The translations under genes were made by a program, and so were the position numbers. A stretch of 64,000 nucleotides of DNA. It comes from Patescibacteria group bacterium. GTDB lineage: Bacteria > Patescibacteriota > Patescibacteriia > UBA10025 > JAHIVO01. The notes under the pieces are model-generated. The model was not told where the DNA came from, did no database searches, and saw only the letters and a list, made by a program, of their open reading frames with translations. The stretch lies in the NCBI GenBank assembly GCA_041650915.1, contig JBAZKE010000002.1:80638-144637 (forward strand), in the 5' to 3' direction. Below are positions 17,211 through 27,721 of this stretch, in pieces; the stretch's first letter is position 1, and every line of letters starts with the position of its first letter.

Positions 17211-17328
17211 TAGGCCGCTCTCCCGGCGATCAAACGATATCCGTGACCACATGCTCGCTAGCCAAGCAAATCGTCATACAATTTTACGCAACTTTTTGCT
17301 ATACTAGAAAGCAGATCGCCCAGAGAAT

Positions 17329-18441
17329 ATGCAATTCATTAAACTCATACTAAAAAACTTATTCAGCCGGAAAACCCGCACGGTGCTGACTATCGTGGGG
17401 ATTAGCATTGGCATTGCCACAATCGTTATCTTCGGTATGGTAACCAACGGCCTGAAAAACAGCATGGGAACGGCTTTGCGCCCGGGTTCCGCCGACTTCA
17501 CGATCGCGAAAGCTGACGCTACCGATATGATTCTGAGTGTCCTCACCACAGAGCAAATCAGCACCATTGAATCTACCGCCGGTGTTGAAACAGTAGTCCC
17601 CTACGTCATGGCAATGGCGGAATACGGCGGCAATCCCTACTTTATCATGAGCGGCATTGATCCACAGTACGCATCCGTGCTCGGTGCGACAATCATCGAA
17701 GGCCGGATGTACCAAAACGAAAATGAAATCGCGCTCGGCCGCATTGCCGCAAAAAACTACGGCCTCGCGGTGAATGGCACGATGGCCATCAACGGCAAGG
17801 CGTACAGCATCGTCGGTATTTTCGAGTCCGGCGTGACGATGCAGGATGGCGGTGCGGCTATAACCATCAAAGAAGCGCAACGGATCAATAGCATGCAAGA
17901 AGGCCAAGTAAGCATGGCTATGGTGAAAGTTAAACCGGGCCTCGAGCCGCGTGCCGTCGCAGATGAAATAGAAAAAGCCGATTCCGGCCTCATCGGCATC
18001 GTGGATGTTGATGACTTCAATTCAATTGACCAGGGCTTGAACATCGTCGACTCCGTATCCTGGGCGATTTCAGCGCTCGCCATGGTAATCGGGGGAGTCG
18101 GCGTTATGAATACAATCATCATGTCTGTGTTTGAGCGTACGCGGGAAATCGGCGTGCTGCGCGCGGTCGGCTGGAAACGGAAGCGCATTATGATGATGAT
18201 CCTGGGCGAAGCTATTTTCATCGCCCTCGCCTCCACCGTGCTCGGTGCGCTCCTGGGGCTTGGTATGGTATGGCTCACCATGCAAACCAACATGGGCAAA
18301 TCGTGGCTCGACATCTCTCTCGAACCGACCGTCTTTCTGCAGGCACTGCTCGTTGCACTCGTCGTCGTTATCATTGGAGCGGTATACCCATCCTACCGCG
18401 CTTCACGCTTTTCGCCCATGGAAGCGCTTCGCTACGAATAA
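17329..18441 (+). CDS. ABC transporter permease (FtsX/MacB-like)
   Basis: N-terminal TM, large periplasmic domain and three C-terminal TM helices typical of FtsX-like permeases; 370 aa. Confidence 0.75.
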   Translation: MQFIKLILKNLFSRKTRTVLTIVGISIGIATIVIFGMVTNGLKNSMGTALRPGSADFTIAKADATDMILSVLTTEQISTIESTAGVETVVPYVMAMAEYGGNPYFIMSGIDPQYASVLGATIIEGRMYQNENEIALGRIAAKNYGLAVNGTMAINGKAYSIVGIFESGVTMQDGGAAITIKEAQRINSMQEGQVSMAMVKVKPGLEPRAVADEIEKADSGLIGIVDVDDFNSIDQGLNIVDSVSWAISALAMVIGGVGVMNTIIMSVFERTREIGVLRAVGWKRKRIMMMILGEAIFIALASTVLGALLGLGMVWLTMQTNMGKSWLDISLEPTVFLQALLVALVVVIIGAVYPSYRASRFSPMEALRYE

Positions 18442-18445
18442 ATAT

Positions 18446-19108
18446 ATGGACGACTACATCATCCGAACTGAAAACGTAAAAAAATATTTTGAGGGAGGCC
18501 GGGTCAAAGCCTTGGACGGCGTTAACATTGCGATCAGGCGCGGAGAGTACGTGTCGATCATCGGGCGGTCAGGTTCCGGCAAATCCACCCTGCTCAACAT
18601 GATATCCGCCATGGATCGGCCAACCTCCGGCAAGGTTTTTTTCGACGGTATTGACTTAACCACATATAATAAGCTCGATGAAGTGCGCAGTCACAAAATC
18701 GGCTTTATTTTTCAGCTCCACAATCTTTTGCCGCACCTCACCGCCCAGGAAAACATCATGATCCCCATGCATGAGATTAAAAGCCCGGCATCCGATAAAG
18801 AAAAAAAGGCGCTCTCCCTGCTGGAACAGATTGGCATCGGATACCTTGCCGACAAGCCGCCGACGAGAATGTCGGGCGGCGAACGCCAGCGCGTGGCGAT
18901 TGCCCGGGCGCTCGCAAACGATCCGGCAGTCGTGCTCGGCGATGAGCCGACTGGCGATGTGGACACCAAAACCGGCAAGCTCATCATGGACACCCTCGAG
19001 CGCCTCAATCGGGAAAGGGGCGTTACGCTCGTCGTGGTAACGCACGCGCTCGACATCGCCAAGCAGGCGTCCCGCACGATCGAGATCCGCGACGGAAGAG
19101 TGGTTTAG
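18446..19108 (+). CDS. ABC transporter ATP-binding protein (LolD/MacB-type)
   Basis: Walker A GRSGSGKST, signature LSGGERQRVAIARAL, Walker B VVLGDEPTGDVD, H-loop. Confidence 0.85.
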   Translation: MDDYIIRTENVKKYFEGGRVKALDGVNIAIRRGEYVSIIGRSGSGKSTLLNMISAMDRPTSGKVFFDGIDLTTYNKLDEVRSHKIGFIFQLHNLLPHLTAQENIMIPMHEIKSPASDKEKKALSLLEQIGIGYLADKPPTRMSGGERQRVAIARALANDPAVVLGDEPTGDVDTKTGKLIMDTLERLNRERGVTLVVVTHALDIAKQASRTIEIRDGRVV

Positions 19109-19138
19109 AAACAGTACCGATCAGTAACGTTCCACACT

Positions 19139-19597
19139 ATGACATCTCTCGTCATATATGATTCCCAGTTCGGCAACACTCAGAAGGTCGCCGGGCAAAT
19201 CGCCCGGGGAGCCGGGGCTGTGCTCATGCCGCTATCTGAGGCCGGGCAAACCGACTGGAGCTCGCTGTCACTGCTTGTCGTAGGCTCACCGACGCACGGC
19301 GGCCGCCCGTCCCAGCTGGTACAGCAGCTCCTCAACCGTATCCCTCAAAACGCCTTGCACGGAATTCGTGCTGCTGCATTCGACACGGGAATGGCCGCAG
19401 AGGGGCAAAAATTTTTTATCCGCATGATCATTGGCTTTTTCGGCTACGCAGCAAAACGCACGGCAGCCCTGCTCACAGTGAAGGGGGCTGCGGTCATTGC
19501 GTCTGAAACATTCTTCGTGCGTGGCAAGGAAGGCCCGCTGATAGAAGGGGAAGAGCGGCGGGCGTACGAGTGGGGGCAACATTTAGGAAAAATATAA
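19139..19597 (+). CDS. Flavodoxin-like protein
   Basis: VIYDSQFGNTQKVA flavodoxin FMN-binding start motif; 152 aa. Confidence 0.6.
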   Translation: MTSLVIYDSQFGNTQKVAGQIARGAGAVLMPLSEAGQTDWSSLSLLVVGSPTHGGRPSQLVQQLLNRIPQNALHGIRAAAFDTGMAAEGQKFFIRMIIGFFGYAAKRTAALLTVKGAAVIASETFFVRGKEGPLIEGEERRAYEWGQHLGKI

Positions 19598-19617
19598 CCC
19601 GTGAGTTACGGAACGCT

Positions 19618-19836
19618 ATGCAGAAAAAAACTCTCCTGATCGCAGGAATCATTGCAATCGTCGCCATTGGAATGGCAATCATCTTCCTTACGGGCCCGAA
19701 AGAATGCGCCGAAATGGACGAAGAGGAGTGCAGAATGGCGGATGAGTGCATCAGCACCATCGTGCCGGTACCGTGCGAGACTGAACCGTGCGAGCTCAGG
19801 ACCGAATTCAAGGAGTGCAAAGCGAAAACTGAATAG
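19618..19836 (+). CDS. Small membrane-anchored Cys/Glu-rich protein
   Basis: MQKKTLLIAGIIAIVAIGMAIIFL TM helix followed by CAEMDEEECRMADECIS..PCETEPCE. Confidence 0.35.
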   Translation: MQKKTLLIAGIIAIVAIGMAIIFLTGPKECAEMDEEECRMADECISTIVPVPCETEPCELRTEFKECKAKTE

Positions 19837-19901
19837 CGGATACCGTTCTGTGGGCGCACGTTTGCATTGAAATAGTTGAGCAAGAGTGCACGTTTTTATC
19901 A

Positions 19902-20936
19902 TTGCTGTCCTCCGGCAGGAAACTTTGGTATACTGGAGATTACTTAACTACGGTAACCAACAAGGTTGTGCGCCTAAGAAAAATCAGTATCGTGGCTGCG
20001 TGTGCGGTAATGCTCGCGGCGTTCCTGTGGGCATTCGACGGTGTCGTGCTGACGCCGTGGGTTACCGATCTCGGCCTGTATGATGTCCCGACCTTTGTCT
20101 TTATGCTGCACGCAGTTGCGTCGGTTTTTTTGGCTTACTTCCTGATAAAACGCAGGGGTGAGCTCAAAAATCTCAACTCAAAGGACTGGGTCGCATTCAT
20201 CCTGACCGGAATCTTCGGCGGGGCAATCGGCACCATGGCAATTGTTGCCGCCATCATCGAGGTGCACACGGCACACCTCAACATTGCAGTCGTGCTCCTG
20301 CTGCAGAAGCTGCAGCCGATCTTCGCGATCCTCCTCGCGCTCGCCTGGCTCCGTGAGCGCCCCAAGAAAATATTTTACCTATGGGCGGCCGTCGCGCTAG
20401 TCGGGAGCTACCTGCTCACGTTCGGATTCGACAGGGCGGACTTCGATACCAGCGGCATGCTCAAACCCGCGCTGCTCGCCGTTCTCGCTGCATTCTCCTT
20501 CGGATCCTCGACTGTTTTCTCGAAAAAGGCGATTGCGAAGGTAAGCCACGGGCTCGGCACATCGCTCCGCTTTTCCATTACGACCGGCGTGATGATCGCC
20601 ATCATTGCCTGCATCACGCTGCTCAATGCGCTCGATGTCGATACTGGATACGAAGGAATACAAGGCTTCTCAATAATCAACTGGAATCTCATCGGCGCTT
20701 TCGTCATTATCGCGCTCACGACGGGGGGCACCGCGATCTTCATTTACTACTGGGGTCTGAAGCGCATGCTCGCCTCGCGCTCCACCATCTACGAGCTGAT
20801 GTTTCCGGTCAGTGCAATCGTGCTTGAGTTCTTCATCCACGACCAAACGTTCGCTGCAGGACAGTGGCTCGGGGCGGCGATCGTATTCGCCGCAATAGTC
20901 GCAATTGCCAACCTCAAAAGCACAACGGTGGCGTAG
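19902..20936 (+). CDS. EamA/DMT-family transporter
   Basis: About 10 TM helices in two repeated halves. Start codon uncertain. Confidence 0.6.
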   Translation: MLSSGRKLWYTGDYLTTVTNKVVRLRKISIVAACAVMLAAFLWAFDGVVLTPWVTDLGLYDVPTFVFMLHAVASVFLAYFLIKRRGELKNLNSKDWVAFILTGIFGGAIGTMAIVAAIIEVHTAHLNIAVVLLLQKLQPIFAILLALAWLRERPKKIFYLWAAVALVGSYLLTFGFDRADFDTSGMLKPALLAVLAAFSFGSSTVFSKKAIAKVSHGLGTSLRFSITTGVMIAIIACITLLNALDVDTGYEGIQGFSIINWNLIGAFVIIALTTGGTAIFIYYWGLKRMLASRSTIYELMFPVSAIVLEFFIHDQTFAAGQWLGAAIVFAAIVAIANLKSTTVA

Positions 20937-21016
20937 CGCTGCGCGAGAAGGGGAAACCTCGAGGCAGATAGTTGCAGGGCTGAATGGCAAACTTTCCGAA
21001 AAATTATATAGCAAAC

Positions 21017-21047
21017 CAAAAAGATCCCGTTTGACCGGGATCTTTTT
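21017..21047. terminator. Bidirectional intrinsic terminator
   Basis: aaaaAGATCCCG-tttgac-CGGGATCTtttt: 8-bp perfect stem flanked by A5 and T5. Lies between convergent genes (EamA on +, RRM on -). Confidence 0.55.
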
Positions 21048-21062
21048 GTATCTTTCGAAACC

Positions 21063-21350
21063 TTAGCGATCTTGGAAACTGCCGCCACCGCGGGGTCGAT
21101 TGGTCATCGGCCGCGCTTCGTTGACGACGATTGCTCGACCGTCGAGCTCCTGGCCGTTGAGTGAATCAACGGCTGCTTTCGCCTCGTCATCAGATGCCAT
21201 TTCGACGAAGCCGAAGCCCCGTGAACGGCCTGAAATGCGATCGATGATCACGCTTGCGCTCTCGACGGTCCCCGCCTGGGAGAAAAACTCCTTGAGCGAG
21301 TCGTCGTTAACGCCATAGGAAAGGTTTCCTACGTATAGCTTCTTTGCCAT
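21063..21350 (-). CDS. RRM-type RNA-binding protein
   Basis: RNP2 LYVGNL and RNP1 RGFGFVEM; Gly/Arg-rich tail. Confidence 0.85.
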   Translation of the reverse strand: MAKKLYVGNLSYGVNDDSLKEFFSQAGTVESASVIIDRISGRSRGFGFVEMASDDEAKAAVDSLNGQELDGRAIVVNEARPMTNRPRGGGSFQDR

Positions 21351-21505
21351 GTAATGTACGCGTGTTAGATGGATAAAACGCTATCTTTTAGGAAGACCTT
21401 TACCCCTAATGAAACCATTAGATTACCCTAAAAAGACTTGCAGCGTCATACTAGCAAACGGAGGCGCCACTGTCAAGCCTGGCCATACGGTGCCGGGTCC
21501 GACCG

Positions 21506-23026
21506 TCAATCCTCACGCCTGTACAGCAGCGCTGTTCCGATCGTATCGAGGTGGCGGTATCCGAATTCATTCAAGAGTGTGTGGTACTGCCGCGCATCGG
21601 GAGCCCAGTTGCCGATGACCGCAAAACTCGGGATCCGATGTGCAATCAGAATTTTAACGTCATCATACGAAAGGATGCGGTAGATCGCCCGTTCATCAGC
21701 TTCAACGCTGTCCCCGACTTCCACCCCGAAATGGTTCTCCATCCCGCGCACAATATGCTGGGAGGTGGCAATGACGTATCCGGGCCAAAAAGTGAGGACA
21801 TCGCCATGCGCCGTATTTTCACGATCAATAGCGCCCGCAATCCGGGTGACGGTGCTAATTTTCCAGTCTGCGGCGTGCCGGCTGGCGTCCACACCCGGCA
21901 CGTCAATGCCCGTCACGGTGTACCGGTACAGTTCCGCGGCGGCGACTGCTCCGTACACAACCAGTAGCATGCAGACCATGACGGTAATGCTCGTGCGCCC
22001 GATCCGCCTGAGAAAATCACCATAGAGGAGCACCGACTGCAAAACCATGAACGGGATCAGGATCGAAAAGTACTGGACAAAAGTCGGCGTCGGCAAAAAG
22101 CATACAACGAAAAGGGGCACGGTAAGCAGCAAAGCAAACGGCACTCTTCGCTTTGATACGTAGTGGCAAACTCCGTACGCTGCCGTAGCAATGAGCAGCA
22201 GCAGAAACTGCAGCCCGAGGAGCCTTTCGGTGCCACCAATCGCGAGCATCTGCTTGAACACCTCCACCTTCTGGCCAAAGTCGCCGATCAACCCTCCATT
22301 ACCCCTCAATGAATGGTACGTTATATTGTTAAATACAAATTGGTCGGGGAATAAACCGATATAGATAAAGCTCGGAACCAATCCGATCAGCAATCCGACC
22401 GTGAAGAGCGCGAGCAGGCGCAGTTGTCGGCGTTTTCCGGCGCAGCGGTAGATGTGGTAAAGAAAAAAAGGGACGAGAGCTGCGATGAACAAACGCACAT
22501 CAACCGCACATCCGAGGACAAGTCCGCTCCAAAAATATTTTTTCCCTGCCGCACTGCCCGATAGCAAATAAAACGCCGCAAACAGCAGCAATGCCACGAT
22601 GCTGTGTGTTTTGACGACAGTCAGCCAGCCGAAAACCAAGCTCGTCATGCTGTAGAGCGCGGCGGCAACGACACCCATCCACGCGTTACGGGTCCGTTTC
22701 TGAATGTACAGGTACAGCAGGCACCCCGTACACAGCGCAAAACACAGGGAGAGGATCCGCCCTGAATACCAGCCGATACCGGCGATTGTATCGACCGCGC
22801 CGTAGATGTAGGGAAGGAGCGGCATTTGAGGGTAGAAAAAATCTCTGTACAGCACGTCGCCGCCTGCAACGAGCTTGCTTGCCAGAATATAGAAACCCTC
22901 GTCGCCATCGATAATGCGCCAGAGAACCGCGGTCAATAAAAAAAGCAGTTGAATAACGGTAACAAGTATAAACCCGGCGCGGGCTGAAACAGGCGGAATG
23001 GAGGACAATCGGCTCAATGTAATCAT
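21506..23026 (-). CDS. GT-C-fold glycosyltransferase (ArnT/PMT, GT39/GT83-like)
   Basis: N-terminal DGDEGFY motif in the first loop, 11 or more TM helices, C-terminal soluble domain. Confidence 0.6.
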   Translation of the reverse strand: MITLSRLSSIPPVSARAGFILVTVIQLLFLLTAVLWRIIDGDEGFYILASKLVAGGDVLYRDFFYPQMPLLPYIYGAVDTIAGIGWYSGRILSLCFALCTGCLLYLYIQKRTRNAWMGVVAAALYSMTSLVFGWLTVVKTHSIVALLLFAAFYLLSGSAAGKKYFWSGLVLGCAVDVRLFIAALVPFFLYHIYRCAGKRRQLRLLALFTVGLLIGLVPSFIYIGLFPDQFVFNNITYHSLRGNGGLIGDFGQKVEVFKQMLAIGGTERLLGLQFLLLLIATAAYGVCHYVSKRRVPFALLLTVPLFVVCFLPTPTFVQYFSILIPFMVLQSVLLYGDFLRRIGRTSITVMVCMLLVVYGAVAAAELYRYTVTGIDVPGVDASRHAADWKISTVTRIAGAIDRENTAHGDVLTFWPGYVIATSQHIVRGMENHFGVEVGDSVEADERAIYRILSYDDVKILIAHRIPSFAVIGNWAPDARQYHTLLNEFGYRHLDTIGTALLYRRED

Positions 23027-23249
23027 CCTGTGATAATAAAAGTATTCGGACAGCTACTCTATTACTATAACACCCAAAGTCTATCCGTGGAATGCAAAAA
23101 AGGGACTTTTTTGCTACAATGGCACTGTAACAACAAAACAGCCCATCGCCGGCACCACCGGGGAAAGGGGAGCGGCATGGGCAGCTCCTTGCGCGATTGA
23201 GGGCAAAAAAGCTACACTTTACCATAGCTCAATAGTAACCAACAAACGT

Positions 23250-23477
23250 ATGGTCTTCGACTTCAAGGACGATGTCGTTGACGAGGACGGGATCCTCGAC
23301 CGTTACTCGTACAAGGATAAAATGAAAAAATTTCTCCCAGTCATGAAGACGGCAAAAGAGAAGAGGAAAAAACAGCAAATCGAGTTCAAACACCGCGGGA
23401 GAACGTACGAGTTCGTCGCCGACAAGGAGGGGACCGCGAGCCTCCGCAAAAAGCCAATCAAAGGCGGCTTTTTTTAG
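23250..23477 (+). CDS. Small basic hypothetical protein
   Basis: 75 aa ORF in an intergenic gap; no detectable similarity. Confidence 0.3.
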   Translation: MVFDFKDDVVDEDGILDRYSYKDKMKKFLPVMKTAKEKRKKQQIEFKHRGRTYEFVADKEGTASLRKKPIKGGFF

Positions 23478-23521
23478 CTCAACGCGGCAGCCCGTTTGCC
23501 CGCATCCAATTTAAAAATTCT

Positions 23522-24070
23522 ATGGTTTTACTGCACACGCCTGCGGCTGCGCTCGGCGAACGCATTCACCAATTCTCGCTTCCGGGAACGGACGGCAAGA
23601 TATACTCGCCCGCATCATTCACAGCGGCGCCTGCTGTCGTAATCGTATTTACCTGCAACCACTGCCCGTACGCCCAATACGCCAAGCCGAAGCTCATCGA
23701 GCTGAACAGGCTATTCGCGCCGCAGGGAGTGCAGTTCGTAGCAATCAATCCGAACGATGCCGATGCATACCCGGAAGATAGCTTCGAGAGCATGAAGCAG
23801 CCTGAATATAACCTCCCCTTCCCGTATCTCCGCGATGAATCCCAAGCTGTTGCACAAGAGTATGGCGCTGTCTGCACGCCAGATATTTTCGTATACGATG
23901 GGCGGCGGGAACTGGCATACCGAGGGCAGGTTGACAATGGCCGTCCAGGCCACGAATCAACCACCGATGACCTGAAACAGGCGCTGCAGCTGGTCCTCGA
24001 CGGCCAAAAAATTACGGCACCCCAGCAGCCGTCAGCAGGCTGCTCAATCAAATGGAAAGAAACCGCGTAG
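23522..24070 (+). CDS. Thioredoxin-fold redoxin (AhpC/TSA/TlpA-like)
   Basis: CxxC active site FTCNHCPY in a thioredoxin-fold context (VVIVF...VAINPND...CTPDIFVYD). Confidence 0.6.
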   Translation: MVLLHTPAAALGERIHQFSLPGTDGKIYSPASFTAAPAVVIVFTCNHCPYAQYAKPKLIELNRLFAPQGVQFVAINPNDADAYPEDSFESMKQPEYNLPFPYLRDESQAVAQEYGAVCTPDIFVYDGRRELAYRGQVDNGRPGHESTTDDLKQALQLVLDGQKITAPQQPSAGCSIKWKETA

Positions 24071-24116
24071 GGGTTGACAGTTTGCCGTTTATCAGCTATT
24101 GTGATCGATTAGAACC

Positions 24117-25739
24117 GTGCGGAAAACTATGGCAAATAAGAATACAATTTCACCGATAGCACGTGAACTCAGCGAAGTATTTCGCGCGCAGCGCGGCGTT
24201 GAGTCAATACGCGCGACAGTCGACGAGCCCAAGCTTAAAGTCGACGAAACGGTCGGTAAAGTGGCGTACGTCTACGAGAAAGTGCGCGTCGCGATCGATT
24301 ACCAAGAGGAGCACTTGATACGGAAAAACGCGATTGCACGCATGCTCAAGCGGCGCATTACCATGCGGGAGCGCGGCAGGAACATTGCAGCGCCCCTGCT
24401 CCGTGAACTCATCCGCGCCGGGTACCTCAAGAACAACTACTTCCCCGAGTCGAGGATCCCGGACATTGAACGCATGGTAGCAAAGTACGTACGGCTCATC
24501 GATATCGCAGCGAGCCGGAATCCGAACCTCAAAGAACGAAACAGGACGATAAAATGGATTACGCAGGTGGCATCTGCGGAAATTGAGGCATATCTCTCAC
24601 CGACGATTAAAGATGACGCGCTCGTCGAAGCAATGTATAAGACGATCCGAAGCCAGATCGACCTTACTGAACAGATGAGGGCAGTTGAGGACCAAGACAT
24701 CCAGGTCTACATCGCCATCCACCGGGCGCTTGTCAAGTCAGACCACGCGATACTCCGGTACCACCTCACATACTACTACGCACCGTGGTGGCGGTACGCG
24801 ACCGACGAAGAAATTGAAGCTTTTGCCGTGCAGCTTCCGCGTCTCATGCGGAAAATCGAGCTGCAAATTTCCAATAAGCTTTCTGACCGGCTCTTCCGGT
24901 ACGCAAAAAAGTTCGCGCCGCTTTTTCTCATATTCAAAGACATCCTCAATGAGCGCGCGGCTGACTACGAAGCACTGCTCGCTGACCCGAATCAGCTCGA
25001 GAGCGCGATACGGAAAACGTGCGATAAGCGTTATACTGAATCAAGTACCAAGCTCAGCCGCGGTGTTTTTCGAAGCATTATCTACATCTTTTTCACGAAG
25101 ACGATTATGGCATTTGCGCTCGAGCTCCCCTACGAAGCGATTTTCCTGAGCCAAATCAAGCTCCTGCCGCTCGCTATCAATGTCGTATTCCACCCGTTCC
25201 TCATGTTCATTATCGCCACCTCTATCCGCGTGCCGGCTGAAGAAAATACGCGAAAAATATTCCAGGGAATCTCCGAAATAGTGTACGATCCCGATGAGAA
25301 AGTCCTGCTCAAACAGCGCGAGCGCACCTTCAGGACGAGCCGAGCCCTCAATGCCGTCTTTTCGCTGCTCTACGCCGCCGCATTCATCATAACGTTCGGC
25401 GGCATTATCTGGCTCCTCCGCGTTCTTGACTTCTCGTCCGTCAGCTCATTCCTCTTCGTCTTCTTCCTCAGCGTCATCAGCTTTTTTGCCCTGCACCTCC
25501 GAAACAATGCAAAGGAACTCGTCATGGTATCAAAACGGGACAGCGCACTGATGGCAGTCATCGACTTTTTCGCCCTTCCGGTGCTCCGTGCGGGCCGGTG
25601 GATTTCGAGCAAAACATCGAAAGTCAATATTTTCATGTTTATCATGGACTTCGTCATCGAAGCTCCATTTAAGGTACTCATCGAAACGGTTGAAGACTGG
25701 CTCGCCTTCCAAAGGCAGAAAAAAGAAGAAATTATGTAA
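24117..25739 (+). CDS. Hypothetical membrane protein (N-terminal ~290-aa soluble domain plus ~8 C-terminal TM)
   Basis: No recognisable motifs. Hydrophobic C-terminal half. Confidence 0.45.
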   Translation: MRKTMANKNTISPIARELSEVFRAQRGVESIRATVDEPKLKVDETVGKVAYVYEKVRVAIDYQEEHLIRKNAIARMLKRRITMRERGRNIAAPLLRELIRAGYLKNNYFPESRIPDIERMVAKYVRLIDIAASRNPNLKERNRTIKWITQVASAEIEAYLSPTIKDDALVEAMYKTIRSQIDLTEQMRAVEDQDIQVYIAIHRALVKSDHAILRYHLTYYYAPWWRYATDEEIEAFAVQLPRLMRKIELQISNKLSDRLFRYAKKFAPLFLIFKDILNERAADYEALLADPNQLESAIRKTCDKRYTESSTKLSRGVFRSIIYIFFTKTIMAFALELPYEAIFLSQIKLLPLAINVVFHPFLMFIIATSIRVPAEENTRKIFQGISEIVYDPDEKVLLKQRERTFRTSRALNAVFSLLYAAAFIITFGGIIWLLRVLDFSSVSSFLFVFFLSVISFFALHLRNNAKELVMVSKRDSALMAVIDFFALPVLRAGRWISSKTSKVNIFMFIMDFVIEAPFKVLIETVEDWLAFQRQKKEEIM

Positions 25740-25799
25740 AAATAATCAAAAAAAGCTCCCCCCGCTAAAACGGAGGGAACTTTTTACTTTGGAATTATA

Positions 25800-26279
25800 T
25801 TACCTGGTTACGCTGATCGTTACGCCGAGCTCAGGATCGCACGTTGCAACCGTCACGCGGCCCGTCCCCGCATCCTGCGCTACGTAGTAGTCAGTATGGC
25901 CGTCAGTGCCGGTGCTCGGATCATAGGGCAGCCCTGTAATGTACGTCGGCACCAGATTTGCGGTCAAATCCAGGGTATCGGCTTCTGCTACGACCGCTCC
26001 GCAAGCATTAGGATTGTTGCCGTCAACCCCTGCCGTGCCGAAAACCTGGTAGGTCGCGTTGATCCCCGCGGGTATTGAACCGTTGTTGTCGACGGCGTAC
26101 TGGTGGATTGCATTGAGCAGCGCATTGACGTCGTTCCACCGCTGCGCGTTCCGTGCTTGCGCAAACTGGCGGCCAGGATTAATCGCAACGATTACGATCG
26201 CGGCTAAGATGCCAATAATGCCGATGACGACGAGCAGCTCGAGCAGTGTGAAACCCTGCTTATTACTTTGTTTGGCCAT
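25800..26279 (-). CDS. pilA: Type IV pilin (prepilin N-terminal methylation domain)
   Basis: MAKQSNKQ-GFTLLELLVVIGIIGILAAI class III signal and N-methylation motif with Glu at +5. Confidence 0.8.
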   Translation of the reverse strand: MAKQSNKQGFTLLELLVVIGIIGILAAIVIVAINPGRQFAQARNAQRWNDVNALLNAIHQYAVDNNGSIPAGINATYQVFGTAGVDGNNPNACGAVVAEADTLDLTANLVPTYITGLPYDPSTGTDGHTDYYVAQDAGTGRVTVATCDPELGVTISVTR

Positions 26280-26378
26280 AAGGATATTCCTATCCAATTT
26301 AATATATAAAGTTTTTAACCTGAAAATGCTCAGACTGCTAACATTATACCACAGATACGGCACTTTAGCAAGAAAAAT

Positions 26379-27713
26379 CTAATTGTCCGTACCAAATGAA
26401 GGGCTCCCGCCGGCACTGTAATCGACATTATAGTTCACATTCTCATCCCCGAACTGGGGCCGCAGAAACAACACAATTAAAAACAAGGCTACGAGAACCG
26501 AAAAAATAACGACCATCGTGACGAACCGCTTTTTCGAGCCTTCGGACCCGCCCATCCGTGAAAACTGCGGCTGTTCCGCTTTCGATTCCCGCTGCTCGGG
26601 CATGCTCTTCCCAACCCGCCCCTGGTCGCCGCTGCGTGCGTAAAGATTGATGCCGTTCCGTATGGAATCCGAGTCAACGCCCCGGAGCGCAAGGCCGACC
26701 GCAGTGCCGTACAAAACCGGCTCTTTAATCTTTTGCAGAGACTCGCTCGAGTACTGCAAGCCCTCGAGCGGATTGCTGAGAAGTACGTTCTCTCCGAACC
26801 GCATCCGAACGTGAGCCACAAAACCCGGCATCAAGCTCACCCCGCCGGTGAGTATGATCTGCTTAACCCGCGTGCCGGTGCGCCCGGCATAACTCGCCGC
26901 CGCACGCCCAATGGAACCGACGATCTCTTCAACGAGCGGCTCAATGGCCGACTGGAACGCTCCCTCGCTGCCTTTCTTAAACTCACGGACGAGCCCGACG
27001 GTCCGCAAGAGCTGCTCAGCGCGGGCAGGATCAACCCCAAGCGCCTCACTGATAGCGCGGATGAGAGTGCGTCCGCCTTCCTTGAGCGTGGACGAGTAGC
27101 GGATGCCTCCATTGTCGTAGATGGTGACGTTGGTCGTGCGTGCGCCGACGTCTGCCATCAGGATTGCGTCGTGCTCACCGCTGCGCACTACCGTGCGTGT
27201 GAGCGCAAGTGATTCGGGCTCGAGCACGATAGGATTAAGGCCCGCCTGCCGCACAGCGCTCCGGTACCCGTCAACAATTCCTCGGTAGCATGCCACGTAT
27301 AGCACCTCACGGTACTCGGCTGTCTGATCGACAATGCCGTAATCGTAGTACACCTGGTCAAATGAGAGCGGTATCGTTTCCTCTGCCCTGAACTGCACAG
27401 ATTCGCCGACGTTCTTTTCCGATATCACTGACGGCAGGCGGAACGTATGGATAAAGGTGCGCGACTCGGGAACCGAGAGTACGACATCGGCTGTCTTTGG
27501 CGGCTTCGGTTCTGCCTGCTTGAGCATGCGGCGGATCGCTTCAGCGAGCTCATTAGGCTCGCGCACCTCGCCGTTTTCTACAATCCCGTCGCGCAACTCC
27601 GCACGGCCGTATGAGACAACTTGGAACTTTTTGAATTTTTTTTTGAGCTCAAACATTTCGACCGTGCGGTCAGAAATATCAATTCCAAATGCATGAGATG
27701 ATTTCAGTGCCAT
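26379..27713 (-). CDS. pilM: Type IV pilus assembly protein PilM with C-terminal TM extension (PilM-PilN-like fusion)
   Basis: Actin-like ATPase fold (FGIDISDRTV...DVGARTTNV...LTGGVS). The C-terminus carries a TM helix KRFVTMVVIFSVLVALFLIVLFL and a periplasmic tail. Confidence 0.75.
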   Translation of the reverse strand: MALKSSHAFGIDISDRTVEMFELKKKFKKFQVVSYGRAELRDGIVENGEVREPNELAEAIRRMLKQAEPKPPKTADVVLSVPESRTFIHTFRLPSVISEKNVGESVQFRAEETIPLSFDQVYYDYGIVDQTAEYREVLYVACYRGIVDGYRSAVRQAGLNPIVLEPESLALTRTVVRSGEHDAILMADVGARTTNVTIYDNGGIRYSSTLKEGGRTLIRAISEALGVDPARAEQLLRTVGLVREFKKGSEGAFQSAIEPLVEEIVGSIGRAAASYAGRTGTRVKQIILTGGVSLMPGFVAHVRMRFGENVLLSNPLEGLQYSSESLQKIKEPVLYGTAVGLALRGVDSDSIRNGINLYARSGDQGRVGKSMPEQRESKAEQPQFSRMGGSEGSKKRFVTMVVIFSVLVALFLIVLFLRPQFGDENVNYNVDYSAGGSPSFGTDN

Positions 27714-27721
27714 AGCCGAGA